From assembly GCA_019058315.1 (NCBI GenBank), contig JAHPZH010000009.1, positions 96,001-160,000 on the forward strand: DNA of 64,000 nt. Reading direction: 5' to 3'. Position numbers and translations under genes: made by a program. The notes under the pieces are model-generated. The model was not told where the DNA came from. It saw only the letters and a list, made by a program, of their open reading frames with translations, and did no database searches. Below are positions 50,307 to 62,037 of this stretch, piece after piece (position 1 is the first letter of the stretch; every line of letters begins with the position of its first letter). The DNA is from Candidatus Helarchaeota archaeon (GTDB lineage: Archaea; Asgardarchaeota; Lokiarchaeia; Helarchaeales; RDOG01).

Positions 50307-51400
50307 ATGGTAAAGACTGGAATAATATATCATGAAGATTATTTAAAACATGATACTGGAGATCATGTTGAAAATAAAAAAAGATTGATTGCCACTTTGG
50401 ATTTATTTAATGAATACAAAATTTTTGAGCATCCTAATATCATTAAGATTTCCCCAAATCCAGCATCTATTAAGGAAATTCAAAGAGTTCATAAAGCATT
50501 TTATATAGAAAAAGTCCGGGAAAAATGTTTAAGTGGTGGGGGCTGGCTTGATGCTGATACAATTGTCTCTCCAGATAGCTACAATGTTGCATTATTAGCT
50601 GCTGGAGGAGCAATACAAGCAGGTGAGATGGCTGTAAAAGGTAAAATTGACAATGCTTTTTGTTTAATACGTCCTCCAGGACATCATGCCGGACCAGGGG
50701 TTGCTAGAGGATTTTGTGTATTTAATAATATTGCCATTGTTGCAAAATCTTTAATTGCGAGGTTTGAAGAGGTCAATAAAGTCTTAATATTTGACCACGA
50801 TGCACATTAAAAAAGAAATTTTCTTTTTTAAGCATATACGCAGGTAATGGAACCTCGCAAATTCTATATAACGATCCAAATGTGCTATTATTTGATTTTC
50901 ACCAACATCCGCGAACACTCTATCCTGGAACAGGTTATATAGATGAAATAGGTGAGGAAGAAGGAAAGGGATATAATATAAATTTACCTATGGTTCCCCG
51001 TGCTGGTGATGCTCAATATCTAGAAGTTATTGATGAATTATTCATTCCAATTATTAATCAATTTAAACCTGATATTGTTCTAGTTTCAGCAGGATTTGAT
51101 ACTCATTTTTCTGATCCCATTACACAACTCAATATAACAATTCAAGGATATGGAGAAATCGTTAAAAAAATAAAAAAAGAGGCAAAAAAAGTCTGTGCTG
51201 GGAAAATTATAATTATGCTTGAGGGTGGATATGATTTAAAAGCACTATCTCAGGGAATTCTAACTGAAATATCTGTACTTGGAGATTTAGGTATTGAATT
51301 TATAGAAAATCCTCCTAAAATTGAAGAAGCTATAGTAGATTACAATAGAAAAATGATAGATAAATTAAAAGAAGTTTTAGGTGCTTATTGGAAATTTTAA
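50307..51400 (+). CDS. Histone deacetylase family (HDAC/AcuC) protein, two exons (50307-50805 and 50838-51400), about 353 aa after splicing
   Basis: HVE...RL, RPPGHHA, GFCVFNN, spliced DHDAHAGNGT, YPGTG, SAGFDTH, LEGGY. Confidence 0.92.
50806..50837 (+). other. 32-nt bulge-helix-bulge intron in HDAC mRNA
   Basis: Central helix ATGC/GCAT, bulges AC|A and AT|A, intron stem TTAAAAAAGA/TCTTTTTTAA, exon pairing CG/CG plus ACC/GGT. Confidence 0.88.
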
Positions 51401-51438
51401 ATAATTGAGAAATATAGACTTTGGAGAATTTTAAATAA

Positions 51439-53067
51439 ATGTTTGAAATTATTGGGAGAGATGGTGCGGGGAGGTTAGGAAAATTAAAAACTGCTCATGG
51501 GACTATTTATACACCTGAATTTATGCCAGTATACAATCATAATCATCCGACAGTTCCAATTGATGATTTTGAAAAAATGAATGTTAATATTTTAATTACA
51601 AATGCCTATATAATAAACCGAACTCCCGAATTAAAAGAGATTGCTGAGAAAGGAATTCATAAATTAATAGATTTCAATAAAATAATTATGACAGATTCTG
51701 GAGCTTATCAAGCATGGATGTATCAAAAAGAGCTTGAAATTACAAATAAAGAAATTATCAATTTTCAAGATAAACTTCAACCAGACATTGCAACAATTTT
51801 AGATTTTTTTACAGAAACCAATTCATATTCTATTGCGAAAGAAGGTGTAGAAAAAACTATTAAAAATGCAAAAGAATGTATAAAAATTAGAAAAAAGGAT
51901 TCAAAGATTCTTTGGGCTGCACCAATTCAAGGAGGTCAGTTTCTAGATTTATTGGGGTATTGTGCAGAAGAATTATCTAAACTTGATTTTGATTTTCACC
52001 CCTTAGGAACACTCGCACCCGCACTACTTAATTATAATTTTAAAAAAGTAGCTGAAACAATTGCAGTAACAAAAAAGTATTTAATTCCATCAAGACCATT
52101 ACATGCATTTTCAATTGGACATCCGATCTTTTTTTCATTAGCAGTAGCTCTAGGAGCTGATTTATTTGATTCTTCTTCCTATGCTTTATTCGCAAAAGAA
52201 AATAGATACTTAACAGTAAATGGTACTTTAAGACTCGAAAATATAATATCAGAATTTCCTTGTTCTTGTCCAATTTGTTTAAAATTTACTCCGGAAGAGT
52301 TAAAAAGTAAAGAAAAATTAGAAAAGGAAAAATTGTTAGCTAAACATAATTTATATGTGTGTTTAGAGGAGATGAAACGAATCAGATTTGCTATTAGGGA
52401 AGGTAAGTTATGGGACTTAATTCAAATAAGAATTCAGTCCCATCCTAGATTAGCAGAAGCTTATTATCATGTAATTAACAAATATAAAGAGCTCCTAGAA
52501 CGCTTCGAGCCATTAACCAAACATTCTGCGATTTTCATTACAGATTCAAGTTCTTTAAACCGTCCAGAAGTATTTCGCTACCAAGAAAACTTAAAAAAAT
52601 ATTATCAAGTCCCAAAAAGTGTAAAATATTTAATTCTATTGCCAGATTTAAGGAATATTTTATTCTATAATAAGAAATTTCAGAATATTCAAAATACAAT
52701 CAACGAAATTACTGAAAAAAATAGACCATATTTTCAAATATGTCTAATATCACCCGTATTTGGAATTATTCCAGAAGAATTAAAAGAAATATATCCCCTA
52801 TCGCAATTTGTTTATTCTCAAATAATCAATATGGATTTCATTATCCATAATCAACAAATTATTGAACAATTTATTACTCGTCATAAGAAAAATTATGAAG
52901 AAATAGTATTATACAGACCAAAAGAATTATTCATGGAAGATATAAATAAATCTTTACTGAGTAACCTTACAATAAATAAAATATCTACCGAAATTAAGGT
53001 AGCTATTGTAAATGATGAAGTTCAACTATATGAAAAAATTAAAAAATTAAATCAAAATAAATTTTAG
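51439..53067 (+). CDS. tgtA: Archaeosine tRNA-guanine(15) transglycosylase
   Basis: GRLGKL.T, MTDSGAYQ, PIQGG, DLFDSSSY, PCSCPIC, HNL. Confidence 0.93.
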   Translation: MFEIIGRDGAGRLGKLKTAHGTIYTPEFMPVYNHNHPTVPIDDFEKMNVNILITNAYIINRTPELKEIAEKGIHKLIDFNKIIMTDSGAYQAWMYQKELEITNKEIINFQDKLQPDIATILDFFTETNSYSIAKEGVEKTIKNAKECIKIRKKDSKILWAAPIQGGQFLDLLGYCAEELSKLDFDFHPLGTLAPALLNYNFKKVAETIAVTKKYLIPSRPLHAFSIGHPIFFSLAVALGADLFDSSSYALFAKENRYLTVNGTLRLENIISEFPCSCPICLKFTPEELKSKEKLEKEKLLAKHNLYVCLEEMKRIRFAIREGKLWDLIQIRIQSHPRLAEAYYHVINKYKELLERFEPLTKHSAIFITDSSSLNRPEVFRYQENLKKYYQVPKSVKYLILLPDLRNILFYNKKFQNIQNTINEITEKNRPYFQICLISPVFGIIPEELKEIYPLSQFVYSQIINMDFIIHNQQIIEQFITRHKKNYEEIVLYRPKELFMEDINKSLLSNLTINKISTEIKVAIVNDEVQLYEKIKKLNQNKF

Positions 53068-53091
53068 AAAATAGAAAATGGAGTAATTGAA

Positions 53092-53538
53092 ATGAGTCAG
53101 ACGGCTGAAAGCCGATTTTTTAAAGAAATGGCAGGTTTATTAAACGCTAAAGTAAAAGTTATTACTTCAGATAAAATCTATGAAGGTACGTTATTAGGAT
53201 GGGATCGGAAAAGTATGAGTGTCTGTTTAGGTTCTGCCGAAGATGATGAAGGGCGTGAATATCCTAAAATAATTATATATGGCAATACGATTTTGGAACT
53301 AATCGAGACAGGTAGGGCTTTTGACTTAAAAGCACTATCAGAAGATCTGGCAAAATTGTTTCCAAAAGGTGAAGTTCAATATAGCCCTGAAGCTCGTGTA
53401 ATAATGGTTCTTAATAAAATCAAAGTAACCGAATTTGGTGTAGAAGGATCCGGTCCTTTAGCTGAAAGAATACGTAATGTTTATGAGAGATTTCTTGAAG
53501 AACACGAAAGTGAAGTTGAAATAGAAGAAGAAGTATGA
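53092..53538 (+). CDS. Lsm/SmAP3-like protein (Sm domain plus C-terminal domain)
   Basis: YEGTLLGWD Sm1 motif; C-terminal [17 protein letters not shown]. Confidence 0.85.
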   Translation: MSQTAESRFFKEMAGLLNAKVKVITSDKIYEGTLLGWDRKSMSVCLGSAEDDEGREYPKIIIYGNTILELIETGRAFDLKALSEDLAKLFPKGEVQYSPEARVIMVLNKIKVTEFGVEGSGPLAERIRNVYERFLEEHESEVEIEEEV

Positions 53539-53554
53539 AATCATAAAGGAATTT

Positions 53555-55237
53555 ATGATGTCTAGACTAACCGGTAAACCTGTCCTCATCTTAAAAGAAG
53601 GAAGCAAGAGAATTTCAGAACAGGATGCACTTAGGGTAAATATTTCTGCTGCCAGAACACTGGCTAATGCAGTTAAAAGTACTTTGGGGCCTAAAGGAAT
53701 GGATAAAATGTTAGTTGATAGACTTGGTGGAATTATTATTACAAATGACGGAGCTACGATATTAGAAGAAATGGATGTTCAACATCCTGCAGCAAAAATG
53801 ATGGTAGAAATAGCAAGAGCTCAAGATGACGAGGTAGGGGATGGGACAACAACAGCTGTAATTATTGCCGGAGAACTTCTTCGACGTGCTGAATTCTTAT
53901 TAGATTTAAAATTACATCCTACAACAATAATTAGAGGATTTAAAAAAGGGCTGGAAAAAGTAAAAGAAATTCTTGAATCTCTCTCAATTAATGTCGATAT
54001 TGATAAAGATACACAAATTTTAAAACAAGCTGCCATGACATCCTTAAATAGCAAATCTATCTCTGGAGTTAAAGAATTATTTGCTGATATTTGTTTCAAT
54101 GCGGCAAATCAAGTAAAAGAATTACGATCTAATAAGAATTTTGTAGATATAGAAAGAATTCAAATCATAAAAAGACAAGGAAAAAGCTTATCGGATTCAA
54201 AATTAATAGATGGAATTATTATTGAGGATCAAATTGTCCATCCTTTAATGCCTAAAAAGATTGAAGACGCTAGAATATGTATACTAGACTTACCTCTTGA
54301 ACTTGAAAAAACAAAATTTGACGCCGAATTAAGATTCACTGACCCATTAGAAATGAAAAAATATCATATCGAAGAAGAAGAGATATTGAAACACTATGTT
54401 CAAAAAATTAAAGAATCAAATGCAAACGTTGTTTTTTCAAAAAAAGGTATTAATGATATTTCTCAACATTATTTGGTATCAAATAATATAATTGGTATTA
54501 GGCGAATCAAAAAGAAAGCAATGGAAAAATTAGCGAAGGCAACTGGTGCTAGAATAGTCTCAAATATTGAAGATCTAACTGAAGATGATATTGGACAGGC
54601 TAGGATAGTTGAAGAGCAATTAATCGGAAATAAAAAGATAATCTTTATTAAAGGTTGTAAAAATCCAAAAGCTGTTTCTATCCTCTTAAGAGGGGGTGTC
54701 GATAATCTTCTAGACGAAGCCGAAAGAGCTCTAAATGATGCTCTTTGTGTTGTTAGGGATATTTTATTTGAAAATAAAATAGTAATTGGTGGAGGAGCAA
54801 TAGAAGTAGAGATTGCAAAATTGCTTAGAGAATTTGCTTCTTCAATAGGAGATAAAGAACAATTGACTATAGAAATTCTAGCTGACAGTATAGAAATGAT
54901 TCCAAAAATATTAGCACAAAATGCCGGTTTTGATCCTATTGATAAAATTTTACAACTTAGGTCAATCCATAGCCAAGAAAATAATAAATATTATGGAATT
55001 AATGTTTTTAATGGTAAAATTGAAGATATGAAAGAAAATGGAGTTATTGAACCATATTCTGTTAAAATGCAAGAAATAAAATCTGCCGTTGAAGCAGCTT
55101 CAATGATTCTAAGAATTGATGATGTAGTGGCTGCTAAATTAATTTCCCCAGAAGCTAAGGCAGGAATGCCAACGGGACCATTATCTGGAATGGGTGGAAT
55201 GCCACCTGGAATGGGCGGAATGCCGCCAGGTATTTAA
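53555..55237 (+). CDS. ths: Thermosome (group II chaperonin) subunit
   Basis: [36 protein letters not shown]-rich tail. Confidence 0.97.
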   Translation: MMSRLTGKPVLILKEGSKRISEQDALRVNISAARTLANAVKSTLGPKGMDKMLVDRLGGIIITNDGATILEEMDVQHPAAKMMVEIARAQDDEVGDGTTTAVIIAGELLRRAEFLLDLKLHPTTIIRGFKKGLEKVKEILESLSINVDIDKDTQILKQAAMTSLNSKSISGVKELFADICFNAANQVKELRSNKNFVDIERIQIIKRQGKSLSDSKLIDGIIIEDQIVHPLMPKKIEDARICILDLPLELEKTKFDAELRFTDPLEMKKYHIEEEEILKHYVQKIKESNANVVFSKKGINDISQHYLVSNNIIGIRRIKKKAMEKLAKATGARIVSNIEDLTEDDIGQARIVEEQLIGNKKIIFIKGCKNPKAVSILLRGGVDNLLDEAERALNDALCVVRDILFENKIVIGGGAIEVEIAKLLREFASSIGDKEQLTIEILADSIEMIPKILAQNAGFDPIDKILQLRSIHSQENNKYYGINVFNGKIEDMKENGVIEPYSVKMQEIKSAVEAASMILRIDDVVAAKLISPEAKAGMPTGPLSGMGGMPPGMGGMPPGI

Positions 55238-55258
55238 AAAAATTCTTTATATAGAATA

Positions 55259-55419
55259 GCTCCGGTAGTGTAGACGCAAATTAACGAAAATCTTGCGACA
55301 AAATCCGGTCAAGCATAAAGGGCTCTCGTTTATACGTAATTTTACTATAAAAAGAAACCCTTCGGCTGCTAATTTATTAGCAGGAGGAAACCCGGGTCCG
55401 AATCCCGGCCGGAGCACCA
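55259..55419 (+). tRNA. tRNA-Glu(CTC) with three introns: 15/16 (55274-55303), 37/38 (55329-55356), 45/46 (55365-55389)
   Basis: Removing three hairpin inserts gives GCTCCGGTAGTGTAGTCCGGTCAAGCATAAAGGGCTCTCGACCCTTCGACCCGGGTCCGAATCCCGGCCGGAGCACCA, a complete cloverleaf. Confidence 0.9.
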
Positions 55420-55790
55420 ATTTTTAATTTCTAATGATTTTATTTCTTGATTTATGATCAAATCTAATTTGGTATTATTGAAAAACTATATTTAGTTAAG
55501 GCGCGTATTGGAAAATAGAGTTAAAAAATTTTATGATTATACTAAAATGAAATTTAGCTTTAATTTGATAATATTTATAAATTATTTTTAGTTCTACTAC
55601 AAAAGAAAAATAGAAAATGTTATTAGAGGAAATACGATTTTTAATGAATATTATTTCTAATAATTCAATTTACTCAAATATAAAGAGATGATGCTCAAAT
55701 TAAATTAATTTGTGCTAATATTTTTTGATAATGTCTTATCTGAATTATTGAGAGTTAAAAATTTTTTCCCATATAAGAGGATATGCTAAA

Positions 55791-58610
55791 ATGTCCCAAC
55801 ATAATTTGAAACAAATTGATAAGATTGTTTTTGGAATTTTAGTTCCCGATAATATTCGAAAGATGAGTGTAACCAGAATTATGACTGCTGACACTTATGA
55901 TGAAGACGGGTTACCAATAGATTCTGGTCTAATGGACGGAAGGCTTGGAACGGTCGAGCCTGGACAAAGATGTAAGACTTGTGGCAATAGAGTTGGAGAA
56001 TGCCCTGGCCATTTCGGGCATATTGAATTATCGCGTCCTATAATCCATGTAGGATTTGCTCCTTATATACAAAAAATTTTAAGAGCAATTTGTAGAAAAT
56101 GTAGCCGAATCGTCCTAACAGAAGAAGAACTGATAGAAATTAGAACTGATGAAGAAGGAGAATATGACGAAGATATAGATTTTCAAGATAGACTGGCTTT
56201 TACTGACACAATTTTAAAAAGAGCATACAAAGTTACCACCTGTCCTTATTGTGGAGATAAGGAACTAAAAATCGTTTTAGAAAAACCAACAACTTTTTAT
56301 GAAAAAACTGAGGCAGGTTTTTCTAGATTAAATCCCAGTGATATTAGAGATAGATTCGAACGCATTTCGGATGAAGATTGTATGCGTCTAGGTCTAAATC
56401 CAGAGTATGCAAGACCAGAATGGATGATTTTAACCGTTTTACCAGTTCCTCCTGTATGTGTTAGACCTTCAATTACTCTAGAATCGGGTGTCCGATCAGA
56501 AGATGATATGACTCATAAATTGGTGGATATTATTCGAATTAATCAACGGCTTAAAGAAAATATTGAAGCTGGTGCACCACAATTAATTGTTGAAGATCTT
56601 TGGGAACTTTTACAATACCATGTAACTACTTATTTTAATAATGAAGTGTCAGGTATACCTCCTGCACGTCATCGTTCTGGAAGAGCTTTACGTACTTTAT
56701 CTCAGAGATTAAAAGGAAAAGAAGGACGGTTTAGGAGTAATTTATCAGGAAAGAGAGTGGATTTTTCTGCAAGAACTGTGATAAGTCCAGATCCTAATTT
56801 AAGTATTAATGAAGTTGGTGTTCCAAGGGAAGGAGTGGCTGAAATTCTTACAATTCCGGAACGTGTAACAGAATGGAATATAGATGAAATGAAAAATTTA
56901 GTAATTAGAGGGCCAGAAAAACATCCTGGGGCAAATTATGTAATTCGAGGTGATGGTAGAAGAATAGATTTACGTTTTGTAAAAAATAAAGAAGCTGTTG
57001 CAGATACACTCGAACCCGGATTTATTATCGAACGCCACTTAAGGGATGGTGATGTCGTATTATTTAATCGGCAACCCTCTTTGCATAGATTATCTATAAT
57101 GGCACATGAAGTTATTGTGATGCCATATAAAACTTTCAGATTAAGTTTATGTGTATGTCCTCCTTATAATGCAGATTTCGATGGGGATGAAATGAATCTG
57201 CATGTTCCTAGAAATGAAGAAGCCCGTGCTGAAGCAAGAAATCTGATGTTAGTTCAAGAACAAATTTTATCTCCAAGATATGGGGGGCCTATTATTGGTG
57301 GAATTCAAGATTATATTTCTGCTGCATTCTTATTAACTAGAAAAAATGTATTTTTAGATAAGAAACAAGCTTGTCAATTACTAATGGCTGCGGGATACCA
57401 AGAGAGGGAAGGTAAAAAAATTAGATATGAATTACCTGATCCAGTAATTATTAAACCAGTTCCAAGATGGACTGGAAAGCAAATATTTAGTGTAATTATG
57501 CCAGATGGTTTAAACTTATCATTAAAATCTAAAATATGTCGTAAATGTGGAAATTGTGAAAAAGGAGAATGCCCTAACGATGCGTATGTATTAGTTAGAA
57601 ATGGACAACTTTTAACTGGCGTTATAGATAAAAAAGCGTTTGGAGCAGGTCAACCTGACAGTTTACTTCATAGAATTGTAAAAGATTATAATAATAAAAG
57701 AGCTAGAATATTTTTAGACTCAGAAGCTTCCATGTTAATTGAATTAATAACTAATAGAGGTTTCTCTGTAGGAATTGATGATATAGATATTCAAGAAGAG
57801 GCACGTAATAGAATAACTGAAATATTATCTAAAGCGAATAAAGATGTTAACAATTTTGTTGAAATTTATAGAAATGGTGAATTACAAAGATTACCAGGAA
57901 GATCATTAAAAGAAACACTCGAAATGCGAATAATGAGTGTTTTATCGGAAGCAAGAGATAAAGCAGGGGAAATTGCAGGTCAATATCTTGGAATTAATAA
58001 ACCAGCTGTAATTATGACAAAAACAGGAGCTAGAGGAAATCCTTTAAATCTAGCTCAAATGGCAGCTTGTGTAGGTCAACAATCCGTTAGAGGTGAACGT
58101 ATAGTTCGAGGTTACCGTAAAAGGACTTTGCCTCATTTTAATAAAAATGATCTAGGGGCGAAATCAAGAGGTTTTGTCAGTTCATCTTATCGTAGAGGTC
58201 TTAATCCAATAGAATTTTTCTTTCATGCAATGGGAGGGAGAGAAGGACTAGTAGATACAGCTGTTAGAACAAGTACAAGTGGATATATGCAAAGGAGATT
58301 AATAAATGCACTACAAGATATAAAAGTTGAATATGATGGTACTGTTCGAAATGCAGTGGGAGAATTAATTCAATTCCGCTATGGGGATGACGATATAGAC
58401 CCTGCTAAAAGTGACCATGGAAAGGCTGTTAATATTAATGCCATTGTTGAAAAAATACTAAGTCAACTTGATGAATATGAAATACCATCTGAAGAGGTTA
58501 TCAAATTCAAATTACATAAGGCCTATGATCAAGGGCTAATTTCTAAGTCGATTTTAAAAGAATTAGAAGCAAAATTATTGAAATTAAAAGCTAAAGAAAC
58601 TCAAAATTAA
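55791..58610 (+). CDS. rpoA1: RNA polymerase subunit A' (Rpo1N) with C-terminal extension
   Basis: CPGHFGHIEL, LSGKRVDFSAR, NADFDGDEMN, GGREGLVDTAVRT. Confidence 0.98.
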   Translation: MSQHNLKQIDKIVFGILVPDNIRKMSVTRIMTADTYDEDGLPIDSGLMDGRLGTVEPGQRCKTCGNRVGECPGHFGHIELSRPIIHVGFAPYIQKILRAICRKCSRIVLTEEELIEIRTDEEGEYDEDIDFQDRLAFTDTILKRAYKVTTCPYCGDKELKIVLEKPTTFYEKTEAGFSRLNPSDIRDRFERISDEDCMRLGLNPEYARPEWMILTVLPVPPVCVRPSITLESGVRSEDDMTHKLVDIIRINQRLKENIEAGAPQLIVEDLWELLQYHVTTYFNNEVSGIPPARHRSGRALRTLSQRLKGKEGRFRSNLSGKRVDFSARTVISPDPNLSINEVGVPREGVAEILTIPERVTEWNIDEMKNLVIRGPEKHPGANYVIRGDGRRIDLRFVKNKEAVADTLEPGFIIERHLRDGDVVLFNRQPSLHRLSIMAHEVIVMPYKTFRLSLCVCPPYNADFDGDEMNLHVPRNEEARAEARNLMLVQEQILSPRYGGPIIGGIQDYISAAFLLTRKNVFLDKKQACQLLMAAGYQEREGKKIRYELPDPVIIKPVPRWTGKQIFSVIMPDGLNLSLKSKICRKCGNCEKGECPNDAYVLVRNGQLLTGVIDKKAFGAGQPDSLLHRIVKDYNNKRARIFLDSEASMLIELITNRGFSVGIDDIDIQEEARNRITEILSKANKDVNNFVEIYRNGELQRLPGRSLKETLEMRIMSVLSEARDKAGEIAGQYLGINKPAVIMTKTGARGNPLNLAQMAACVGQQSVRGERIVRGYRKRTLPHFNKNDLGAKSRGFVSSSYRRGLNPIEFFFHAMGGREGLVDTAVRTSTSGYMQRRLINALQDIKVEYDGTVRNAVGELIQFRYGDDDIDPAKSDHGKAVNINAIVEKILSQLDEYEIPSEEVIKFKLHKAYDQGLISKSILKELEAKLLKLKAKETQN

Positions 58611-58619
58611 TTTTTGTGA

Positions 58620-59981
<1,362 letters not shown>

Positions 59982-60043
59982 AATGAAAATTAATCATAAT
60001 GTTTAAAACCCTTTCTTGATAAATTTGAATTGGAAGTAGAAAA

Positions 60044-60340
60044 TTGATCGATGAAGATACAGCGATTAAAATTGCAATAAAAACTGGAAAAGTTATGATA
60101 GGATCAAAAAGGTCTAAGACTTCAATAATTACAAATAAAGCCCAATTGGTAATAAAGGCTGCAAATTGTCCCAAAAAAATTTCGGAAGACTTAAAATATT
60201 ATACAAAATTAACAAATATCCCACTCCATACATATAAAGGTTCAAGTATAGACCTAGGATTTATTTGTGGTAAACCATTTATGATCTCAACTATTGCAAT
60301 AGAAGATGCTGGAGATTCTGAAATTTTAAAGCTTTCATAA
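60044..60340 (+). CDS. rpl30e: 50S ribosomal protein L30e
   Basis: KTGKVMIG, AANCP, LGFICGKPF, DAGDSEIL. Confidence 0.95.
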   Translation: MIDEDTAIKIAIKTGKVMIGSKRSKTSIITNKAQLVIKAANCPKKISEDLKYYTKLTNIPLHTYKGSSIDLGFICGKPFMISTIAIEDAGDSEILKLS

Positions 60341-60407
60341 TTCAAATTTAGCTTATTAAAACAATTAAAAAGAAAAATAAACTGATAATACGGAACGAGG
60401 AAATTTA

Positions 60408-60848
60408 ATGTCACCAGGAATTAAACTAGGAGATACAGAAATTCGATTTATCTCATTATTTGAGAGTATAACTGGCGCAGTTGCAAGGGATTGTATATTG
60501 GATGATACTGAAGAAAGAATAATTTTTGTAGTGAAACCTGGTAATATTGGACTTGCTATAGGAAAGAGTGGGATTAATATTCGAAGGGTTCGGGAATTTT
60601 TAAATAAGAAAGCTATAGATGTAGTTGAATATGCCGAAAAGCCAGAAGCTTTTATTACTAATACCCTTAGTCCAGCAAAAATAAAGACAATTACCATAAC
60701 TGAAAGAAGAGATGGACGAAAAATTGCTTTAGTTACTGTTGATACCAAAGATAGAGGGATTGCAATAGGAAAAAATGGAAGGAATGTGGCTAGAGCAAAA
60801 TTATTAGCTAAACGCCACTTTGATATTGATGATGTAATAATCAGTTAA
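60408..60848 (+). CDS. nusA: Archaeal NusA-like KH-domain protein
   Basis: LFESITGA, GLAIGKSG, GIAIGKNGRN; position after rpoA2-L30e. Confidence 0.94.
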   Translation: MSPGIKLGDTEIRFISLFESITGAVARDCILDDTEERIIFVVKPGNIGLAIGKSGINIRRVREFLNKKAIDVVEYAEKPEAFITNTLSPAKIKTITITERRDGRKIALVTVDTKDRGIAIGKNGRNVARAKLLAKRHFDIDDVIIS

Positions 60849-61149
60849 TCTTATTTGGTCGAAATTTAATAAAAAAAACGAAATTCTGTTTCTAAAATTA
60901 AAATATTTTTTTAAATCTCACCATTATCAACTTTAATTATGACAAAAAACCTCATTTTAAAATTAAACACATAAAGGATTTATATTGGTATTTCGCAATA
61001 ACTTATTAGATTTGTTGGTTAAATTTCAAGAATTAAATTTAATAATTATGATCTAGAAATTGAATCATAACAGTCTAAAAAAAGTTTATAATCACTTATG
61101 TAAAATAATATATTCTTGTGGTCATCAATTAATTTGGATATGATTTATA

Positions 61150-61827
61150 TTGGAAGATAAAGAACAGATTTTGAGTCGAGTCGTAGGATTTCTCTATGAC
61201 GCATTGGACAATTTTAAATCGACTATGGATGATGTAAGTGGTTCTTTAAATACTCTAATGAGTTCATTAACAAAAGTTGAGAAGGATTTACAAGTTTTGG
61301 GTGTTCAACCTAAACATACTACTCCTATGTCTTCAAGTCAAATAGCTGAACGTATCAAAGCTGGCAGTACTACGTCATCGAGAGAGAGATTGATAGGACT
61401 ATTAACAGGAAGACCATTAAGTACTGCTGCTGCAAGTGCTGGAACTCCTTTAACGCCGACAAAGACTCCTACTAGACCGGCACCTGCCGTTTCTGTTTCA
61501 AAACCAATTTCTACTGCTGGACCCCCAAAACAGATGGTAGGCCCTCCTAGAAAAATGGCAAGTCCTCCCAAACCAATGCAACTACCTCCCAAACCAATGG
61601 CTCCAATTAAAACCGCAGCTCCTCCCGTGATGAGACCTCCAACTGTAGCAAAACCTCCAACAACTGTAGCAACACCACCAATTATGAAACCCCCCACTCC
61701 TCCTATGGCAACAGCAAGTCCAACTCCAACAAATGCCTCTGCTAAACCGGGAGGATCAATAATTGGTCTACGGGATGAAATGCTTAAAGAATTAAAAAGA
61801 TTGAAGAGTATAATGAAGGGCGGTTAA
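61150..61827 (+). CDS. Proline-rich protein with N-terminal coiled coil and short C-terminal amphipathic helix
   Basis: Imperfect PPKxM and PPT repeats; C-terminal GLRDEMLKELKRLKSIM. Confidence 0.7.
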   Translation: MEDKEQILSRVVGFLYDALDNFKSTMDDVSGSLNTLMSSLTKVEKDLQVLGVQPKHTTPMSSSQIAERIKAGSTTSSRERLIGLLTGRPLSTAAASAGTPLTPTKTPTRPAPAVSVSKPISTAGPPKQMVGPPRKMASPPKPMQLPPKPMAPIKTAAPPVMRPPTVAKPPTTVATPPIMKPPTPPMATASPTPTNASAKPGGSIIGLRDEMLKELKRLKSIMKGG

Positions 61828-62037
61828 TCCCGAGATTTTTATATAATTTTTTTATTCTTTTAGAAGCAATATAAACTTAAACTTATTCTATTTTTCCTTA
61901 TTAAAATAAACAGTTACTTAATAATTTTGAGTTTAATCACTCAAACAAATCTATTTTATATTGATTTGTAAAATAAAGAGAGAATATTTGAAATGAATAT
62001 TGTTTTTACTAAAATTCAATAAAGTAAAAAAAATTTG

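Noticed and set aside
50235-51400. HDAC as a frameshifted pseudogene
   Set aside because: Same reasoning: canonical BHB cleavage restores the frame and the metal-binding motif exactly.
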